From the NCBI GenBank assembly GCA_023213395.1, contig CM041465.1, forward strand, positions 139,321,741 through 139,385,740: DNA of 64,000 bases. Direction: 5' to 3'. The position numbers and the translations under genes are program-made. Positions 39,201 through 53,906 of this stretch are shown here, one piece after another; position 1 is the stretch's first letter, and every line of letters starts with the position of its first letter. Under the pieces are notes generated by a model that was not told where the DNA came from, did not search any database, and saw nothing but the letters and a program-made list of their open reading frames with translations. The stretch is from Cycas panzhihuaensis. Lineage: Eukaryota; Plantae; Cycadophyta.

Positions 39201-40870
39201 AGAAGCCACTAGTTTTCAGCCACCTCCTAAGTGGGTACAATAGATTTTAAAGGATGCTCCTCCTCCTCATACAACTGCCAAAAGGCCTTTCAAGATGTGA
39301 CACTCCACAAATTTTGCCCTTATTGCACATGTCTTTAAAACACCTGAGCCTTCCACGTTTGAGGAGGCAGTCAAAGACCAAACATGGAAAGCAACTATGG
39401 ATGAAGAGATGAATTCCATCTTAAAAAATAACACTTGGGAGCTAACTGAATTTCCACCTAGGGAGAAAGTAGTTGGTTATAAATGGTTGTATAAGACCAA
39501 GTTCCATATAAACAACACCATAGAGCATCATAAAGCCTGCGTTATAGTAAGAGGTTTCAAACAGTATGAAGAAATTAACTATGATGATACCTTCGCACTG
39601 GTAGCAAACATGACTACATTCCATTTGATTATATCCCTAGCAGCCTAATTTAGATGGCCTATTTACGAAATAGATGTGAAGAGTGCTTTCCTCAATGGAG
39701 AGCTCAAAGAAGAGATTTTCTTGAAAGAACCCCTGACTATGTTGTTCCAGGATAAGAACACTTAGTTTATATACTCAAGAAAGCCCTTTATAGACTCAAG
39801 TAAGTACTGCATGCCTGGTATATAGAGATAGATGACTTTCTCATTTAGCATGGATTCAATCATTCACCCTTTGACCCAGATCTCTATATTCAGGTTAGAT
39901 GTAATTTGATCATAATCATAGTTCTCTATGTGGATGATTTTGCTATTGCTGCCAATGATATAGAAGAAATTTCTTGGCTTCAATCAAAATTAAAGAGAAA
40001 CTTTGAGATGAATGACCTTGAGCTGCTCCACTACTTCCTTGAAATTGAAGTTTAATAAGAACTAGGACACATCTTCCTAACTCAAACTAAGTATGTCAAT
40101 AAGCTCTTGGAAAGATTTAGGATAATAGAATACAATCCAATACTAATTCCCATGGAGATAAGAACCAAGTTAAACCTGGATGAACAAGGAAAGCCTTTCG
40201 ATATCACTTTATACTTAAAGTTGGTTACGAGTCTTATCTATCTCACCTATACTTCCCCAGACATCTCATATACTGTAGGGATCTACTCTAGGTACATAAC
40301 ACAACCAAAAATATCTCATTGGAAAGCAACCAATAGAATCCTTAAATATATCTGTGGCATATATTAATTTGGTCTAAATACAATGAGACTGACTCACCTA
40401 TATTAAAGGGACATATAAATGCTGATTGGGTCAATTTCCAAGACACTCACGATTTAACTTCAAGTTATTATTTTGATATGAACTCAGTTGTAATCTCATG
40501 GAGCTATAAGAAGTAGCCTGATATTACCTTTTCCTCCACCAAAGTAGAATACAAAGTGGTCATCCATGCTACAACTGAGTTGATTTTTTTTAGAATAATT
40601 CTTGACGAGCTTAGACTTCAATAATATATACTTACCATCCTATAATGTGATAATTAAAGTATATTGAAGATGACAAAGAATCCTATATTCCATGCTAGAA
40701 CCAAGCACATTAAGGTTAATCACCATTTCATCTATGAGTATATCTAGAATAGAGAAGTTGATATCATCTATTGTCCTACTAAAGACCAGGTCACCATCTT
40801 TACCAAAGCACTTAGTAAACCAAAGTATAAATAATTTAGACATGAACTCGACATCTGATGAGATGAAGTT
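36248..40870 (+). pseudogene. Decayed copia gag-pol (gag, protease, integrase, RT, RNase H) of the layer-3 element
   Basis: Gag start MINTIKLNGINNFIPWKKQV, protease WLLDSSATRHMT (37681), integrase [33 protein letters not shown] (39397) and LYVDD (~39924), RNase H FHARTKHI. Domains are in copia order, with dozens of stops and frameshifts. Confidence 0.95.
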
Positions 40871-43800
40871 GCTATTAAGGGAGGATGTTGAAACTAGCTA
40901 ATAACACCATCATTCTTTATACCTTTATAATTTCATGTACATGTTGTATTAAAGGACACGATATAATTTAATCATATTTGATATTGATGTTGGGTTAACC
41001 TCATTTGCCATTAATCTAGTCTATCAAATATCATATAATATTAGCAGATGACCTATATATTATACCCCATACAATTGTATCATATAATGTTCTAATGTTA
41101 ATACAAAAGCTTTACCCATGGGAGAGTCATACATGGTGATAAATTCACCTGTAACATTGTTATTTACTTTGTTATGTTTATTTTACATGCTCCTTTATTC
41201 ATTGCAACTATTTTGTTTAATATATATTGATCAATATACATGTATGATAGATCCTAATGCTTTTAACAAGGTGAAATATCAAAGCTAAGGTAAAGAAAGG
41301 TATATTGTCAATTTGTTAATAGCGAGATTATAAGTGATTTAGTAGAGCCAAAGTGAAATATTAAAGCAAGGTTATATAGGTTTGATAATTTGTTATTCAT
41401 TATTTGTGCTCATCGTGATGTCATGGAACTATTAAGGGTGAAACATTGTACATGCACTTGCAAGATTGTGTCATTTATGGACACACCTATTGGTAGAATG
41501 AAGTTTATTCTAGTTTGTTCCTATTTCAGTCTATTACACTCTATTACTATTATTTCCATTCCTAGTAGATATTGTTCAAAGTTATTTATCCATTTTTGTG
41601 CTCCATTTATTTGGCTATTTATTGTTCACTCTTTCCACCATGGAGATTCGTCATCACCTGTGGATACCTTGAATAATCATATCTGTCCACCATTGAAGGG
41701 GATTTGTACTATAGTTTATGAAGTCCTTGCCAGATTGTTAGCCATGGAGATTTCCTTCTTATTACATATTATACCTTTGACTATTGTGGATCATTCATTA
41801 GTATCTTGTTTTCATCTATCTTGATTTTACATCTACTTATCTACGAGAAGTTGTGGTACCCTAGTTTATTTATTATTATCATGAAGCTTATCACCTACCT
41901 ATGAGCGTGACTACCTATATGATTATGTGATCATGTTCTTTCACTGTGAAGACTATGAAGATATTTATTTATTATTTTTATTAATTAATCAACCTATTGA
42001 AAGGTTTTTTATTGTTACAAGGTTTTTTTATTTACTTATAAGTGATTTCAATTTAGATGTTGATTCCTATAGCTCAATTGATTATTTTTAAATTAAAGTT
42101 TGACTAAAAATCTGCACATAAAGTGTTAAATTTGAAATATTAAGAATATTACTTTTTATAAAGTTATGATTTCATTTAATTGGATTAAAATATTATTTTA
42201 AGATCCACTAGCCTCTTAGTGAAGTAGACTTTAGTGATATTGAGAGCTAATAAAACTAGCAAAAAACTAATGAAGTATGTTAAACCCCTAAATCATCTAA
42301 TTTTTTTTTTTTCAAAAAGATACCTTTGCATTTTCTTTAATATCTTGAATTCTAGGAGTCTATTTTTGAATCATCTAAATCATTAGAATCCTAAAAGGTA
42401 GTTGTTTTGGTATATAATTTAATATATTTTGGTGTCATTTCTATAGAGAAATTTTAGTCTAAAGTTGAGACTTTATACCAAATCCTTATGTGATAACTGA
42501 ATAAAATTTTCTTTTGCATCTTCTACATTATCTTTTTGACTATTTCTTGACCCTATGGCAACTAAATTTTGAACCCAAGAGGGCTATTATAAATCATTAA
42601 AAAAAAAAATTATTGTAATTTGTATATTAAATCCTATAAAGAACTAGTAAATAGAAGAAGGTCCTAAAATCTAGGATAAGGTTGTTATTATCTTATTGAT
42701 AGATTTATATGATTATATAGTCCATCCTATATACATTTGAGGGATAGGAGATATGTATTGATATCCTGATTATGATGTAATTATAACACATCTATTATGC
42801 TTTATTTTTATTTTCAAGATGCCATCTTCTTCATGTTTTTTAGGTTTTCTAAATTTGGTTATCTTTAATGGAAAAAATATTTAGAGTGCTCAAGAGGCAT
42901 AAAATATTATTTGATTTCAAATGACTTGTGGGGTATTATTTCTCAAGGATATAAAGTTCCAGTACTTATTTATCCTACTACTCAATTAACACCTGATTAA
43001 GAAAAATAAAAGAAGGAACTTAAAATAAAAGAATGTTACGCACTAGATTAGATCTGATCTACTTTGAATGATGATGTATTATCCCATATGCATTATGGAA
43101 ATATTACCAAGGAAACATAGGGTATTTTGAAGTGCAAGTTTGATCTAAGTTTGAGGGGGCATTTTAGGAGTTTTTAAGCATATTTTAGGAATGTTCAAGT
43201 AGTAAAATTTTGGTAAACTCAAGGTAATACTATAAGTGATCAAGATACATGTAACCAAGATTCTAAAGAATATATAAAAGTTCATACTGAGAAGGTATAT
43301 TAAGAATATATTAAGCAGGCATGTCAAGAAAACATGATTAAAAACATTGTTGATGAATCTACCACTGAATGTGAAGAGACTACTACTAAATGCATTATTG
43401 AATCTAATGAGACTATTAATGAAAGTACTACTAGTGAGTATGTTAAGTGTGATGAACTTGTTGCTATTATTAGATGTGAAAAATCTATTGATGATTATGA
43501 TTAAGCAATTCTAGATGTCAAAGTTTTTTTTACTTATTTATATAGTTATTCTTGTTACTTTAAAGGAGATTATATTTAAAGTTGAAGATGAATTAAATTC
43601 ACTTATATCTATTGATGTTACTGATGACTTAAATTCAAATGAGGTTCTTATTTTGAATATTAATTTAAATTTAAGTATATTGGCTTTAAAAGATGATTCT
43701 AATTATTTAAATAATGAGAAAGATTTATAAGTTGATGAAGATAAATGAATTATGATTGATCCTAATCTAAGAGATATTCTTGATTCAAATTTTGATAAGA

Positions 43801-46735
43801 GAATGACAAGATCTTAAGTGATTTAGAGTGATAAACTTAAAACAAACTACAAAGAAGTTAAAGTAGAAGTTTATGGAATAGTTAATATGAAAACAATACT
43901 ATAAGATCTATATCAAAATCAAAATAAACTTATAGAGATTTAGTATGATAATTAAAATACTATATAGATGATGAAGAACTGAGTTTTATAAAGAAGAATG
44001 AAGTAAGATCAAGCGCTATTACTGCATTTAAGAGTTGATATAACAAAAGAAAGTTAACAATAAAATTGAAGATTAAGTTCTAGATATTATTTTAAAAATG
44101 TTTCTAAAGGTTAAGCATTGCAAATTCAAAGCAACATTTATTATCAAATATGTATTATAGGGGAGTGTTAGAATAGCATGGTTCAAATTTTATAAGGTAA
44201 AGTTATAATGCACATTTATGTAATTAATTTTATTATGATGTTGATATTTTGTGATGGGTCTACAAATAGTCAAGTTGTGTATATTATAAATACATATTTA
44301 ATATATTATATTGTAATATAAATTATTCTTATGGTCTTAGTCTAAATCAAGGTACCTTCAAGGTACCATTATAATCCTGGCACTTGTTATTTCATTCCAT
44401 TTATGCTTTATATTTTTTGTTAATTTTATTTTTCTATGCATTCAAGTATTTAAGGAACCTTTTTACAAATTTCTAGTGACTTTGTTTTGGCACTACTATA
44501 AACTTAAAAATAATTTCAACTACAAATGAAATATCACATTTAGTAGTAATCAAGTATATTAGAATACCTATTAGTTGTTTGTACACCATTAGATTAATAT
44601 ATACCCCACTATCTTCTATTATCATTTTGAAACTATCTCCATAGGGGTAGGTATAGGTTTATTATGAATCATTTTGAATTTTCTTAGAATTTACCAAGTT
44701 TATTTCACTTATGAGATGAAGATGCATTTAAGCCTTTACCATACATCTACTCTAAGAGGTAATGTAGAATACCTAGATCCATCATCTTAAAAAAATAACT
44801 AAGATATGCTTTCAAGTTTAATATCATTACTTATGATTAATAGATCATCAATATATAACACCATAAATATAACTTTATCATTTACAACTTTAATGTATAT
44901 GTTTGACTCAATTGGAGATATCTCAAATCCATTTTTAAGAAAGTATAAATCAACATTTTAATACCAAGCTTGATGAGCTTATTTTAGGCCATATAAGGTC
45001 TTTCTAAGTTGGCATACTAACTATTCTTAACCCTTTTCCATAATACTAGGTGACTACTCTATATAAACTTATTCTACTAAATTACCATTCTAAAATGTGT
45101 TTTTCACATCTATTTGACAATGATGCTAATTAAATTATGAATCTATTACCAAAATAAGGTAAATAATATTTAACTGTGCAACATAAGTGAATGTTTCATG
45201 GTAGTTGATCCCTTTTTACTACTTCAAACCTTTTGCTATAAGTCTAATTTTAAACTTATTTATAAATTTATTAGATTTAAACTTAATTATTATATCCATT
45301 TATAACTGACTACACACTTATGGTGGGAAATTTGCCTAAATACCATATGTGGTTCTTCCTAATAGCTTGAATTTTAGTATCTATAATGTCATTTCACTTC
45401 TACTCTTTGACTATGTCTTCAATCATAGATGGTTCATTAGCATCTGAAACACATGTCATAAGAGTCATGTTTACTTAATTAAAAGGGCACATTTTTTATT
45501 TCTATTTTACCTCATATTCAAGTATTAAATTTTTAGTACTCTCCATAGTTTTTAAATACCATTTCAAAAACTTTTTTTTGAAGATGAAGGTGAAGGTATA
45601 AAAAATTCTCTGGCTTTGGATTTGACTATATCTTCAATTTTTACTTAGATCTAGATTTTGGAAACTAAAAGGATTCTAACTCTACCACTTCACTAATGTC
45701 AAATAGCTCATATTTAGGTATATTAAGATCATATAAAGAAATGTATTTAGGTGGCTCCTTAATCTACTTCTCAACATCACTTAAACTCATATCTATTCTC
45801 TCATCTTCATGGAAGATTACATCACAAGTTATATAAACCTTCTTAATCAATAACTTGTATAATTTATAGACTTTACTTTTGTTAGGATGTCTAATAAGGA
45901 TACACTTTGTGTTTTTATTATCTTTCCTTTGTAGTATACATGCATGTTATATGCTCAAAACTCTTAAATGCTAAAAAATTGGCTTCTTATCTGACCAAGC
46001 CTCCTTAAGTGTTTTATTCCTAATACCCCTTACAATGCTTCTATTTATTAGATATGAAGTTCTTGTCAAAGCTTTTTCCTATAAAACTTATAATACATTC
46101 TTAGCTTTCATCATAGATGTGGCCTTTTAAACCAAATTTCTATTCATCTACTTAATAACACCATTTTATTGAGGTATATGGCTAGTGACAAATTGTCTTT
46201 TAATTCCATGGTCCTTATAAAATAGAGTGAACTAATTCAAAGTGTACTCACCACTATTATCAGTTCATAAGATCTTTATTTTATATCTACTTTCATTCTC
46301 TACCAACTCCCTAAGGCTTGGGATTCTTCCCTAAGTGTAGAAATATAGATATTTTATAAAATGTCATCAATAAAAGTGATGTAATACCTTGCTCTTCTAA
46401 GTGATGCAATAAGCATTGGTTCATAAATATTTGATTAAATAAATCCTAACTTTTTTTCTAGCTCTTCAAGCTTTCTTATTTAGAAATAACTCTCTATACT
46501 ATTTTGCAAAAAATATAAGGTTCACATAAATAAGTTTTAACATTTATTACTGGAAGATTGTATACCATTTCTAACTTATGCATCAATTAGAGACCCAAGT
46601 AGTTTAAATGACTTATTGATTCATGCCATTAGTTTTGCTTTAAAGTTATAACAAGGAATTCTCTTTGTACTTTAGAGTATACTTATAATTTGTATAGATT
46701 ATTATTTCTAAACCCTTTTGCTATAATCTTATTTT

Positions 46736-47381
46736 TGTTGAGAATACAAGGTCCCAACCCTTTAACCGTCACCAAGATCTATTGCATTCTTACAACTAGT
46801 TACTGAAATCAAAACTTAAAATTACATGTAAGTTCTAAAATTAGAGATTATACAATAACATGAAAATGAAATCCAAACATCACATATGCACCTGATATAA
46901 CGTGGTAAAACCCTAGCAGTATGCTAGGGAAACATCCACATAGGAAATGTATCAATCTTTATTACTGTAGAGTGGAGAAACAATACATCTCAATAGTAGA
47001 GTGCTCTTAGGAATAACAACCAGCCGCCGCCCTTATCACTGTAGATTGCATTACATTACAACATAATAAGAAAAGCCCTAAAATGGGCTACATGAGAGGA
47101 ACATCCAAGACCTAAATCTCAACTATAGAATTTAGGGTATTTGTATCAAACAACCATGATTCTCTTTACATTTTAATATGCTTTACATGGCTAATTTTTT
47201 GGGTCAGGGGCTATCACCCATGAACCCCCACCTAGCGGGGAGCATTCCACACCCCGCCGCACCCCCCGGCCAAGGGGGGCTCCCGCCCCCCTTAGAACCC
47301 CTCGAGAAAGATTAAGGGGGGGAACCGCGCCGAAAACATGCCATAATTTTAGCACCATAATTGTTGTCATAATATCCAACA
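46736..47381. mobile_element. 646-bp solo LTR with perfect TSD ATTTT, apparently young (retains CpG)
   Basis: Termini TGTTG...CAACA, with ATTTT at 46731-46735 and 47382-47386. Removing it restores the copia frame VQDKQN|KIIAKGFRNNNL on the minus strand. Confidence 0.92.
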
Positions 47382-50300
47382 ATTTTGTTTGTCTTGGACT
47401 ATGCACTATCCTTGAGCAAATGTTATAGTCATTTTCTATTGTTCAATTTCATTTATAAAACAAGATTCACCTTCATATTAGGCATGTACAAAACATTCTC
47501 TAAGTTTTATTATTCACTATTTGACATCATAAATGGTACCTTTCTAACTCCTACAACCTTTAGAGTGGTTTCATTTCCAATTGTGACCTTTTAATTTGCC
47601 TCCCATTTCTAATAAAACCATTCCTATCTATGAGTTATATATCTTGATATAGCTGAATTAATAAACTAGACTTACTCTATATCAGACCTCATCTTGTATA
47701 CAATCATAAATAGTCTCTTTATAATCTTAACATGCTTGTTCTATATTATATTTGATATATGATTATATTAATCAGACATATGCGATTATCATTGCTACTA
47801 CTTCTATTGTTAGGATTATTATTAAGGCTATTAAGAACACTATTATAATTAGCATTCCTAATAATCCTTCCTTATGTGTCTAAACCTTTTACAATAATAG
47901 CGCTTTGGCATGTATTATTCCTTTGATCCTCTTGGTTTATCCTTTTAAATCATTAGTTTAGAAGGTGTATACTTTGGAATATAGGTCTTTTCACCATTTG
48001 ATCTAGATGTTAATAATCTAAATGATTTATCATATGTATCCTTTAACTTTTTCTCATGCTCCATAAATACAGATTCTAAAGAGCTAATTGTCAGAGTGGA
48101 TAATTTATTTGAAAGTGTTATTATAATAGTAAAATTCTTATACTGAAGTGATAGGCTTCTCAAAATGTAGGCAATGATCTTTAAAGTAGGTATGATATTG
48201 CCTATTATCATCATTTGGTCCTAGAGTAATCTAATGTATCATATGCGTTTCAACATTGTGCTTGTCATCTTCAAACTATAAAGTTGACTTTATAAGTTCA
48301 AGGCTTTCACATCATCCTTGTGTTTGTATAGGTTGATGACTATATCTTTCATTTGCTTTAGTGTAGTAGTGACTTTAATGTTCAATATAATGCTCCTATT
48401 AATTAACATGTTAAGAAAACCATATGTTATTCATATTTTAGATTCTTATTCTATGTTAAAGTTAATATATATATTTAGTTTAGATTTGAAAGCAATAATT
48501 TCTATTATATTTTTTCCTATGATAGAATTATCAATATACTTTTAAAGATCATTCAAATAAAATAAACTAAATATATGATATTTATAAGTAATACAATTTT
48601 TAGGACTAAGCACTTATTATAGGACCTGTTATGCTTCCTCCATTAGCAATTTTTAACTAAAAACATATAAAAAAAAACTAGAAACTAGCTAAAGCAATAT
48701 AGAAATAAAATGTGAAAGTTGTAAAATACTCAACCCAAGACTTAAGATAGAAGGTAATGGTTTTAGAAATGAATGATTGAGATATAATAAGAAGGATTAT
48801 AAAAAGTGGTAAAACCCACCATTAAATTACTATGTATTGTTTCTTTCTATGTTTTCATAAATATTCAATCAATACCTAGATTGAAGGCAATCATTTATAG
48901 AATTATAAAATATAAAAAATAATATAAGGGTTGAATTCAAAAGATACAATGAGTTAGGGCATGATTAATTTGTATAAGTGGCCTCCAAATTGATCAGAAT
49001 TTATCCAAGCATAGATTTTGAACCAATTTTTTCGATGAAATCTCTTAGAGCGCAAAGTCCAAATGACATAAGTAAAGAAATGTAAATCACCAACTATAGT
49101 TTTTGAATCAAATTGACCTCAAATGCCTAATTTATGACGAGTATTTTTCCTTTCACATACTTTTATTCATCCATAATACTAATTAACCAATAAGATAATG
49201 ATCCTAGCTATGGGTTTGATAATTATTAATATGAAAATTCTTCAAAGTGCCAAGTGAATAAATTTTATATGGTGAAAAGGGTAATGGATTCTAGCCTGTG
49301 GAGTCTAGGCTTGTATATATATCAATGTAATGCTAGAGGTTATTCCTTGTCCAAAGGTAATTCAACATTATGGTGAATACTTTGAGCCCAATATTAGGGC
49401 TATTTCATCCCCACAAAGGTCATTCCTTATGTGATCTTAGCTTATAGAATTTTATAAAAATTTTTAAATTAATTCCTAGAGACATTATTTTAGGGTTATA
49501 ATCCTTAGAGAAGGGAGCTAAGATGAATAACAAATTAGCACAAGCAATGATAAGTTGGATATATATTCCTCCTAAGAAAGGTGTGAAGCATACCATAGCC
49601 ATAAATAAATTATAAGAAAGCTTTCAAAGGTGGGTAATGTTATTACCAAATATATTAGGCAAAAAGATGACATGAAAATATACAATAACTATGCCCATAT
49701 AATTTATCTAGTATTGCAAAAGAGAATTGTACTATGATAGTCTATTAAAGTTAGTTGAACTATAATTTAGTAGTTGGTAAGAATAAAAATTGTAGGTGAG
49801 TTCTATATAGTTTCTAACCTAATTTATACTATTCTTGGGTTAATAAACCTAAAATCCATTTTCATACTAACCATACAAATTATTTTTCTTAAAACTCTAA
49901 TTTATTTTTTATTTACACTAGTATGGAAAATGAACTAAGCTATACGATACATATCCATAGCAAACAAATTATTTTATTCTATTCAGTCAAGCTTGGGAGA
50001 GCTATAAAGGATTGACAAAGAGGTTTAGTAGTGGCTAGATGGTTATAATAATATCAATTTTTGAAATTATTATATTTTTAAAAACCATTATACCATTTGG
50101 ATTAATAACTATTAGAGATATGCATCTTTATTACTTAAGTATCCATAAAATAGGTTTCCTTTTAGATATTTGCAAGTAATGGAAAACAATAAGAGATAAG
50201 TTAAATCAAGTTAAAAAGTCACCTCTTTAGAACCACAATATAGAAATTATCCCATAGAATGTGGACAACTAGGCTAACATAATAATCTTGGGGAATAACA

Positions 50301-51999
50301 TGATAATGTTAGGTATTAAACATTCAAAGGAAAGAAAATGTGACCATGATGCAATTATAGGAGCTTATTTATGAAGTTTAGGCATGGATTCTTAACAAAG
50401 ACATATTTTGCATGGCTTGAAATAGTTTAGGAATTAAGGAATGATAAATACAACTAGAATCAACATTAATTCACAAGCCATGGAAAACATTGGCAATGTG
50501 CATATTGAGAAAATCTTGGAAAAATATAAAGGAAAAGTTATTATGATTAAATCTCCAAAGAAGAAAGATCATAAAGGTACCAGGCTAAAGGGTTTAATAG
50601 GTGTTAAGATTATAAAACCTAGAAACGAGACAAAGAGATAAGTTCTTTTTTCGTAAACTACAAATAAACCACCCTTTATTCTAAGCGCAATCAAACTAGA
50701 TGAACTGGTTCAACAACTATAATAAATAGGGAAAGCAGAGCCCCAAATAACTAGTGATGTCTTAGAAATTAGTAAAGGTAGTATATATAAAAATATTGAT
50801 TCTAATGTAAATAATACTTCTAATTAGCTTTCCCCGCAAGATGCAAATATGGAAAAGATTGATTCTTAATTTGAGTAATACCTATAAATAATAGTAGAAT
50901 ATATAGTCTAGGAGACACAAGGCCTTAATGTACTTATGGAAACCCCAGTTGTAAGTAAAACAACTAGCCTTATACATAGTCATATTGTATAGAAATCATT
51001 AAGAGAAGATGTACAAATTATTAAGAGGTCTATAGAAAGTGAAGATATTCAGCAGTTAGATATTTCAACACAAAGTATATTGACTGAGGAACAAGGAGAA
51101 GAAATAGGAATGATAGAATAGACCCTAACATAGATAAATAATTAAGATACCTCAATAGAAATAATAGTTATTGGTAAATAATTGATATTCTCTATAGAAA
51201 CTTTGGTTAAGGAGCAAAGAAATAAGAGGAAAAAAATAGAAATTAGCCCATAATAAGCAAGAGACATGGAAGGATAATTTTGTTTCTCATAAAAAAAATC
51301 TCAATAGTTGCACATGGATATGATGAAGGAAGGAAAACCACTATAGGCTTATGATTTTTGTTTGATAGATATCACTCCTATGCAATTAGTGGACCTACAT
51401 CTAACTATTGGTAAATTAGTCAAGAACAAGGTTTAGGAATTATATCTTTAACTCCAAGAATACAAGTAGGAGAATCAAATACTAAAGTTATAAAATGAGA
51501 GATTTATAGAAATAAATCAATGAATTTACAAGGTTATCAGAGCCCTTATAGATTCGACCCTTGAGATTAGATGCTTCTGAATAAATTAAAATAATTTCAA
51601 GGCAACTAAAGCATGGTGTTCAAAGCAAGGCTCTTAAGAGTGAAATAAAGCAACAATATATGGCCAATATGAATGATTTAGTTGTCAATGTATGAGATTT
51701 TAATTTCCAATTTTAGAAAATTAAAGAAACCATTGATTATACAAATAAGACATCTATTAGTTTCATAGATTTATTTAAAGAAGTTATGGAGGAACATGTC
51801 GATGTAAAATAAATAATAATAGAAAGAATGATGCACTATGATTAAAATGGTATCATTAAATACCTCAATTTTTTATTGATTATAAAATAATAATATACAA
51901 TTATTTGTAATACAAATTGGCTTTTGTTTAGGGCCTATAATATTTTTCTAATATCACATAATACATAAATGTGCAGTATCACCTATTTTTCTCCAATAA

Positions 52000-52440
52000 T
52001 TCCCTATAATACACATTTAGGAAAACACCCAAATTTTCTCTAAATTGGTAATGCTTGATCTTGGATAATACTTTGGTAAAAATATTAGCAACTTGATCTT
52101 TAGTTCTATAATATAGTAGTTTAATTTATCCTTGTTGTACTAACTATCAAATGTAATGATGCTTGATTTTGATATGTTTTATTTTTCTATGTAAAATTAG
52201 GTTCTTTGTTATATGAATTGTACTTTGATTAATCATTATTAGTTTAATTTGGGTATAATGTAGATCATGTAATATCCATATGATCCATAATGCTTCACAA
52301 GTTGTTGTTTCAACTACTTTGTACTCTACTTCAACTGTAGATAAGAATCTGATAGTTGTTTCTTTATATTTCACATAATTGTAATTAAAATAATGTTGGA
52401 AACATGACTTAAAATGGATTTCCTATCTTTAATATCACTT
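52000..52440 (-). pseudogene. Isolated copia RNase H fragment
   Basis: ORF 52147-52374 reads STVEVEYK...TTCEALWI...NQSTIHITKNLILHRKIKHIKIKHHYI, continuing to DQVANIFTK. Confidence 0.85.
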
Positions 52441-52760
52441 CTGAATTATAGCCTCTTAATTTTAATGCTCTATGAGCATCTTCATTGTCATCTAATGCCA
52501 TTTCTTAGTGTAAAATTCTTATGCTCTCCACTAAATGTTCTCTTTATAATATTGTGTAATTATTAAAAATCCCAACTTCTATGTTGAGCTAGTTGGAATA
52601 ATAATTTGTTGACAATTTGTGTTAGATATATGTCTTGATCCATTTCCTTACATCATACAATCTATATGCATATTCACCATTGTTTAGTGGGCAAGAGTAT
52701 TAGTGGCAAGCCTCCTTCTACATATTCATTTGTTGTTATATCATAAACATAGGTTGTGAT

Positions 52761-52860
<100 letters not shown>

Positions 52861-53255
52861 ATGTATTAAGAGTAGTAAGAACATCGAGTCACTACTATAT
52901 TGACCTTACAAATAATATAGTCATATTAAACTATCTCACACCTAATAGACCTACATAGTATCACAAAGGTAGATGTAAGCATCCTCTATTTGATGAAATA
53001 TGTGACAAAGCATAATTAAATGGTCAACCTGTAACATAAATACATTAATCCACCTACATTATTAATATATTAATCCTTGCACTTGATACACTTCATTCTG
53101 CATAATTTTTGTATCGAGATAAGTTGCCTCTCATATGACGTGATATAGATACATTAAGGATAAGTGGCATTTCCTCATGAAAGTGATTACCTATGAGGAA
53201 AATGTTTCACAACTATGTGTATTAAGTTGCCTTACCTTCTATTATATACATACAC

Positions 53256-53430
<175 letters not shown>

Positions 53431-53789
53431 GCATATTATATATGCATTGTCTCAGGTTATAAGTTATTCATGAAAATGTAAGGTAATGTCATATTCTCCA
53501 CGAAGGTTTTTTTCATGATCTGGTACTCAAGTGCTTGACCTCCATAGGGTATTATATGGTACTAAGGGGGGGCGATATTGTATCACCCACCCACTAAGGG
53601 ATATATCAACCAAGATCCCTTATAAGTAAATGTACCCTTAACATATTACACATTATGCCTCATCACACCACTAATCACTAACATATTATACTATCATGCC
53701 TTAATATATTGATTTTCAAATTATATATATATACATAATATATTGTATATACTTTTATATGTTATACACTATTACATTGTAATATAATA

Positions 53790-53906
<117 letters not shown>

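Larger units (their letters stand above)
19995..41268 (+). mobile_element. Nest layer 3: full-length degenerate Ty1/copia element (LTRs 19995-20380 and 40886-41268), interrupted in its 5' leader
   Basis: Both LTRs start TGTTGAAACTAGCTA and end TTAACA, about 80% similar. PBS TGGTATTACAGC is at 20381 and PPT AAGGGAGGA at 40877-40885. TSD is AGGTA/AGGTG. Confidence 0.9.
19675..44438 (+). mobile_element. Nest layer 2: gag-only LTR element (LTRs 19675-19945 and 44166-44438; internal region resumes at ~41274)
   Basis: The LTRs align (TGTTA..GGTAAAGTTATAAT..TTTTCTACA/TG). PBS TGGTATTAGAGT is at 19946, and PPT AGGGGAG precedes 44166. TSD is CATTT/CATTC. A copia gag remnant at ~42820-43150 (VIFNGKN...YYLISNDLWGIISQGY...STLNDDVLSHMHYGNITKET*GILKCKF) is followed by acidic sequence, with no pol. 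Confidence 0.85.
19150..48640 (-). mobile_element. Nest layer 1: degenerate Ty1/copia element (gag/protease ~47400-48640, integrase-RT 44444-46730, RT end/RNase H 19150-19670)
   Basis: Minus-strand YIDD motif at ~44845-44858 and EQLVNIFTK at ~19228-19257. Removing 19675-44443 rejoins VKRFLKYL|NETIQCGL (the copia KRILRYLKGT...GL motif). A PPT-like CTTAGGAG precedes TGTTGATAA at 19149. The LTR pair was not resolved. Confidence 0.85.

Noticed and set aside
34736-41268. LTR at 34736 as the 5' LTR of the 36248-40870 gag-pol
   Set aside because: It does not match the 3' LTR at 40886, which pairs with 19995-20380 and shares its TSD.
41390-41824. Longest ORF in the track (144 aa) as a host gene
   Set aside because: It has a non-ATG start and no recognisable domain, and lies in the leader of the layer-2 LTR element.
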